Part shown: positions 19,172-20,000 of the stretch, one piece after another | Position numbering within the stretch: the stretch's first letter is position 1 | Layout: each line of letters starts with the position of its first letter | Source of the DNA: Chiloscyllium plagiosum | Taxonomy: Eukaryota | NCBI RefSeq assembly: GCF_004010195.1 | Contig: NC_057749.1 | Location: 10,285,500 to 10,305,499 of the forward strand | Length of the DNA stretch: 20,000 nt | Direction of reading: 5' to 3' | Program-made: the position numbers and the translations under genes | Notes under the pieces: generated by a model | The model's database searches: none | The model's input: only the letters and a program-made list of their open reading frames with translations | What the model was told of the DNA's origin: nothing

Positions 19172-19313
19172 AGGTAGTGAGGACTGCAGATGCTGGAAAT
19201 CAGAGGCAATAAAATACGGAGCTGGTCCTGATGAAGGGTACTCACTCGACTCTTCTGCTCTTCTGATGCTGCCTGACCTGCTGTGTTTTTCCAGCTCCTC
19301 ATTTTATCGACTC
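19172..19313. mobile_element. PLE-derived palindrome remnant with partial hammerhead core
   Basis: gtgaggactgcagatgctggaaatcagag (reverse complement of the 14335-14365 tail), CTGATGAagg at 19228-19237 lacking GAAA, then tcgactcttctgctcttctgatgctgcctgacctgctgtg. Confidence 0.65.
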
Positions 19314-19376
19314 AAAGAGTACATCAGTGTCCTGCTGCAAAGCATTTTTGATTTTAATTGGCAAAAAAAATGGAAT

Positions 19377-19568
19377 TTAGGGAAGTGAGCAAGGGGTAAG
19401 GTACTTCTGTGATTTTCTGGTCTCTCAGAGCCTGAAGCTGATGTTAGGGAAGTGAGCAAGGTGGAGGATACTTCTGTGATTTTCTGATCTCTAAGTGGCT
19501 GTGTGATGCTGATGTTAGAAACGTCAGCAAGGTGTGATTGTCTGATTTCTTAGTGCCTGTGGGATGCT
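19377..19568. repeat. Tandem repeat of a ~67-71-bp unit, about 2.8 copies
   Basis: Units start ttagggaagtgagcaagg at 19377 and 19444, and ttagaaacgtcagcaagg at 19515. They share tgtgatt(t/g)tctg and gctg. Confidence 0.8.
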
Positions 19569-19735
19569 GCCTTTGGCTCAGTTGGCTGGATGTGATACCA
19601 ACAAGACTCTCCTTCGCAACCTCTCTCCTGGCCCGGGGTGTAGTGACTCTCAGGTTAAACCACCATCAGCTATCTCTCTCGAATGGGAGAACAGCCCTAA
19701 GGGTTTTGTAGGACTGCAGCAAATTTACCTTTTAA
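19565..19735 (+). mobile_element. Deleted copy of the 13772-14000 SINE
   Basis: tggctcagttggctgg...caacctctctcctggcccggggtgtagtgactctcaggttaaaccacc...gagaacagccct...tttaccttt. Confidence 0.6.
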
Positions 19736-19788
19736 CTTGCTACTTTTGGCTTGAACTTAACCCCAGGCCCAGTGCACCATCCATAACC

Positions 19789-20000
19789 TTAGAGTCATAG
19801 AGTCATAGAGATATACAGCATGGAAACAGACCCTTCGGTCCAACCCGTCCATGCCGACCAGATATCCCAATCCAATCTTGTCCCACCTGCCAGTACCCAG
19901 CCCATATCCCTCCAAACCCTTCCTATTCATATACCCATCCAAATGCCTCTTAAATGTTACAATTGTACCAGCCTCCACCACATCCTCTGGCAGCTCATTC
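19789..20000 (-). mobile_element. CR1/HER1-like LINE 3' end (continues beyond window)
   Basis: Minus ORF reads VEAGTIVTFKRHLDGYMNRKGLEGYG. Tail repeat tagagtcatagagtcatagag. Confidence 0.9.

Noticed and set aside
19101..19172. Apparent AG..GT-bounded open segment (GTYYAQIGCYIPDK..) as the next DUOX exon
   Set aside because: No similarity to the expected .PCPQP.. exon. The sequence matches a Deu-SINE-like 3' fragment.

Overview
Vertebrate (cartilaginous fish; repeat content fits a bamboo/carpet shark, by inference) genomic DNA covering eight consecutive + strand coding exons of a dual oxidase (DUOX) gene, encoding part of its extracellular peroxidase-homology domain. The exons are 2886-3052, 3488-3548, 3665-3761, 5692-5782, 8384-8486, 13133-13299, 14511-14683 and 18562-18680. 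All have AG/GT boundaries and compatible phases, and join into 978 nt with no stop codon. The introns are filled with CR1/HER1-like LINE fragments, HE1 (V-SINE) copies, other SINEs and Penelope-like element (PLE) derivatives. The most notable signal is a set of short PLE-derived insertions bounded by target-site duplications (TSDs). They carry minimal type I hammerhead-ribozyme motifs (CUGANGA..GAAA..UH), several as long palindromes. One palindrome is derived from the terminus of a GIY-YIG-encoding PLE in the same window. Most listed ORFs are repeat-derived or spurious. There is a 515-N assembly gap at 9036-9550.
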